A program made the position numbers and the translations under genes. DNA of 63,349 nt, filler included, from Choristocarpus tenellus KU-1152 (taxonomy: Eukaryota; Protista; Phaeophyceae), in the NCBI GenBank assembly GCA_964200185.2. It is 10 parts of 10 records of this genome, joined end to end, with 100 filler letters (N's around TTAATTAATTAA, not from the genome) between each part and the next. Parts side by side here need not be neighbours in the genome. Positions count along the whole stretch, not along the records: positions 58,453 to 63,349 come from CAXNAD020012623.1; 9 more parts are not named here. The stretch is one strand, 5' to 3'. Every line of letters begins with the position of its first letter. Within the stretch, counting starts at the first letter, position 1. This document shows positions 60,051 to 63,349 of the stretch, piece after piece. A model generated the notes under the pieces. It did not search any database and was not told the DNA's origin. It worked only from the letters and a program-made list of their open reading frames with translations.

Positions 60051-63000
60051 CTACCGCAGGTCCTCAGCCATGGCTATTCTGTCCATGAGCCGACAAGCTC
60101 CCTTCACTCTCTTGCGGAACATCTTTCGCCTATCCTTGTCCCAGGTACGTGGTGCTGAACCCAACCTTCCCCTAAGAAATATCAGCGCATTGTCACGAGC
60201 TTGAGAGTGACCCCCTCTATCATCCTTGACCTTAGGAGGGGATGACAGCTTGCGAAACAACTGAGAGATGGGAAAGCCATGAGATTCCAGGTGAAGATAA
60301 GCAAAGCAATGAACGTGGTCGAATGGTGAGGTGCAGAGATGTGTGTTTTTTGTCATCCTCGCTGAACATTTGCAATCAAAGAACAATAACCTATAAAACT
60401 GCACAATGGACTAGTAACGAGTGGATGTACTAACTACAACCAGGCACATCAATCAGACAAGCGTATGAAAGAAGCACGTTTTTATGCAACTAGCAACCTC
60501 CCTCCTACAGCCTCCCTCTGCACTGCAAAAGCTGACAAAGATCTTACCTTGACAAGACAAAAGATACTATGAAAGCTAGGTCCAATAAAAGAGAGTGACC
60601 TGTATTGTTCTAGTGTCTCCCTTGTGCAGTAGTGGTGATACCACTCTGACCCAATATGTGAACAAGGATTTCACCACGCTGGCTTACCCTGACACGTTGA
60701 TTCAAAGGCGCTCTTACCAGAAGAACGTTGCACCAAGTACTTCAATATCTTGACCTAATGTGCTTCCCTCAAACAGAAAATGTTCGGAGTGAATGCAAAC
60801 CTAATAAATATCAAAAAGCATTAAATGAGCAGCACACCTGAATCCACCAATCCACGCACACCCCCAACCTCCCTGGTTCCATCTATCTCACCTCCAAGAA
60901 GGAGGCATCGTCACCATGGGCAATAATGTCATGGAAAAAGACACGCAAGAGCAGAAGGCCACTTGGAGACAGCTCTGGTATCTCCACTGCCTGAGAGGAC
61001 AAGGGGAACAATAATATTAAGCCACCAGATCAGCATGGGGCTAACTGCAAGCAAAGTATTGTTGAATCGTCTCGCAGCCAAAAATATTTAAATCTTTGCC
61101 AAAACAGTTCAAGGCTACCTATTATTATAAAGGACATATATTATCATTGCACTGATCAACCACAACTACTCACGCAATGCCTCCGCTATGTCAGAAATAT
61201 CCATGCCTAACATAACAAAGGTGGTTGACACAGAAACAGCATACCTGTAACGAACAAGAGGGTTAGGCAATTACTAAACCAAGTAGGCTGGATTGAAGGA
61301 AGATATTGTTTTCTACTCTCCTGGGACATCACCAACATACCATACCCTATCCTGCACATGCTCCCAAATACAACTCCCCTGAGCAAACTTCAAAGCTTGT
61401 GCAAGTCTTCTCCATCACAAAAAAACGATCCACCTCTGTTGCCTCCCTAACTTCACGACCCCTGCAATACACACACACACAAACACACAAAAACCATATT
61501 TTGTAGTTCGACTAAGGCACCTTAAGCACTGTGAGAGACATCTGCTTGTTAACGACCAAGTGTGCCAACAAACGTGCAAGGTTTGCTGCACGCCTAGCTG
61601 CATTGTCCCCCAAGGTCTTCAGCGAGTCCCAGAAAGCTACCTGAAAGGTAAACCTGCACATGAGGGTTGCTGACAGTGATTTAAAAAGAATTGTAGAACG
61701 AAAGAGGTAAAAGGAACGCACCACTGTGGCAAATAAAGAGTCCAAGTCACACACTCTGGAACAGATTTGGAGCAAAGTGGAAGGTGGAATGCGCAAGGTC
61801 ATTGTGAAACATGGGTATTTAAAAGCGGATTTTCTGTACTCCAACATGGTGATAGTTGCAAGATTTCAAATTACAACAAAAGCGCTAAAAGATAAGAATC
61901 TTTCCCCGATGTCGTTGACACGCTCATCTACTAAAAAATGCGTACCTTTGAAGAGTTCTTATCAACTTGTTAGAGACCATGCCATATTCTGCTGATACCC
62001 TACATGTATAGGCTACAAGTGTACCATAGAAAATCAAAACATTAGTGGTACCCTGCTTAAATCACCGTGCAAGAAGCCCTCCCTCCCCTGTCACACCTCC
62101 CTTGTGTGCCTCCATCCCTCCCCCTTCCCCACCCCCCCTGCTCTCCTCCCTCAATACCCCACACCAAAGAGGGAAGCAGGACACCTCCAATCTGTCCACT
62201 AAATGCTGTCAAAATCTGTAGCAGACCTTAGCTTAGGCTGCCTCTGACACATATGCTCTGCTAGGTGAGCATAGAATGCATTGTAAGTAGCCTCCTGGCC
62301 ACAGCACTCCATGATGACACGTGCAACCTCCCGTTCTTGGGGCCCCCTGCCATGATGGCACAGAAGATGACCCAAGTTCATACAAGAGGCGTTGTTTCAG
62401 ACCAACATAAACAGAGTGTTGTGAAAATTGCAGGGGAGGCAACAAGTGTTGTTCAACAAAGAAAAACACACGGAACAGTCTAGTGCCTCAATGAATAGCA
62501 TATTGTAGTAGGAAGGTGGATTATGGGATCAAAAGGCGCCGAAATTAGGTTTGAGATAAAGTGACCTGGGGCAAGGGGGAGGGGAGATGCCCTTGCGATG
62601 ATCTCTTGCGCAGAGAGGAGAAGCATCGGGGACAAGGGGATGAGACTATATTACAAGTATAAATCAAGGAAGAAGTGGCCCCAGAGAGCAACATTTTTCT
62701 ACCATTAATACCAGAAACAACAAACTGTTGTGGATAGATATTTTTGTGGGGGGGCAGCAAGGAGAGAGGGGGTACAACTTTGGGGGTAAGGAATCAAGTG
62801 CTAGCAACCCTATCATTTGCACCAAAGGTGTCCAAAGGGCACAAGATGCAGTAATAATAACAACATCCAACATAAAATAAATGACTCACCTCAAGTTCAG
62901 GCGAAGGAGCTTCTCAAATGCATCCTCGCAATCAGAGCTGCCCATCACCGCTACAAACACAGACCTGCGCACGTCTGTATTCATCCGCTGTCGTTTAGCT

Positions 63001-63349
63001 AGCTCAAGCAGCTCAGACCGTTTTTGATCTCTCTCAAAATCATCTTCCCCCCTACCAACCGCCCCTCCCCCCCCTCCCCCCTCTAGACCACCCCTTCCCA
63101 CACACCCAACCTCCTCTACTTGACCTGTACTCAAGGCTCCTCCTCCTCCTCCCCCCTCCTCCTTTCCTGCCCAAGCAGCCCCTACCCTCCACCATCGCCC
63201 AGTCCTCTCTGAAGAAGTTAGTTCTGCCCATGACACTCTCAGCGATGCATCCCCACCTGCCACCCCCCCCCGCATCCCCCCCCACCCCCCCACCCGCCCA
63301 TGGAAACCCCCCGCCCGCAACTCTCGGCTACAGCCCCGGGAATACCCGT
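60051..63349 (-). CDS. NOM1: Nucleolar MIF4G/MA3 domain protein NOM1 (Sgd1), 3' half; the 5' part lies beyond the window end
   Basis: Exons >63349-62890, 62346-62227, 61653-61521, 60990-60892 and 60260-60051 have GT-AG borders and consistent phases. Hallmark motifs: GRWWRVGAAW, LLELAKRQRMNTDVRRSVFVAVMGSSDCEDAFEKLLRLNL, QEREVARVIMECCGQEATYNAFY and FTFQVAFWD. Confidence 0.95.

Overview
Intron-rich eukaryotic nuclear DNA, not a prokaryotic window. It is most likely a stramenopile, probably a brown alga (inferred from GT-AG introns, TTAGGG repeats and the gene and repeat content). Nine identical 100-bp spacers (44 N + TTAATTAATTAA + 44 N) cut it into ten contigs, and genes stop at the spacers, so adjacency across a spacer probably means nothing. 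Genes rebuilt by hand from splice sites: a mitochondrial carrier of the CAC/BOU type (minus strand, partial) head-to-head with a complete 5-exon GcvR-like double-ACT protein that has a likely mitochondrial presequence; an intronless F-box-like protein with twelve 27-aa ankyrin-like repeats; internal exons of an EML/HELP-WD40 protein; the 5' end of eIF3c; the 3' half of NOM1/Sgd1; and two unidentified partial genes. The rest is repeat-rich: three related MITE families with 4-bp target-site duplications (Sola-like), two foldback elements, SINE/LINE-like 3' tails, decayed Tc1/mariner and Sola-like transposases, minisatellites and interstitial telomere-like repeats. Best candidates for new biology: (1) the divergent carrier/GcvR-like pair as a possible co-regulated mitochondrial glycine-cleavage module; (2) the intronless F-box-ankyrin protein with patterned variable residues. 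Both are hypotheses. No rRNA, tRNA or CRISPR array was seen. All family assignments come from motif recognition by eye; no database search was run.
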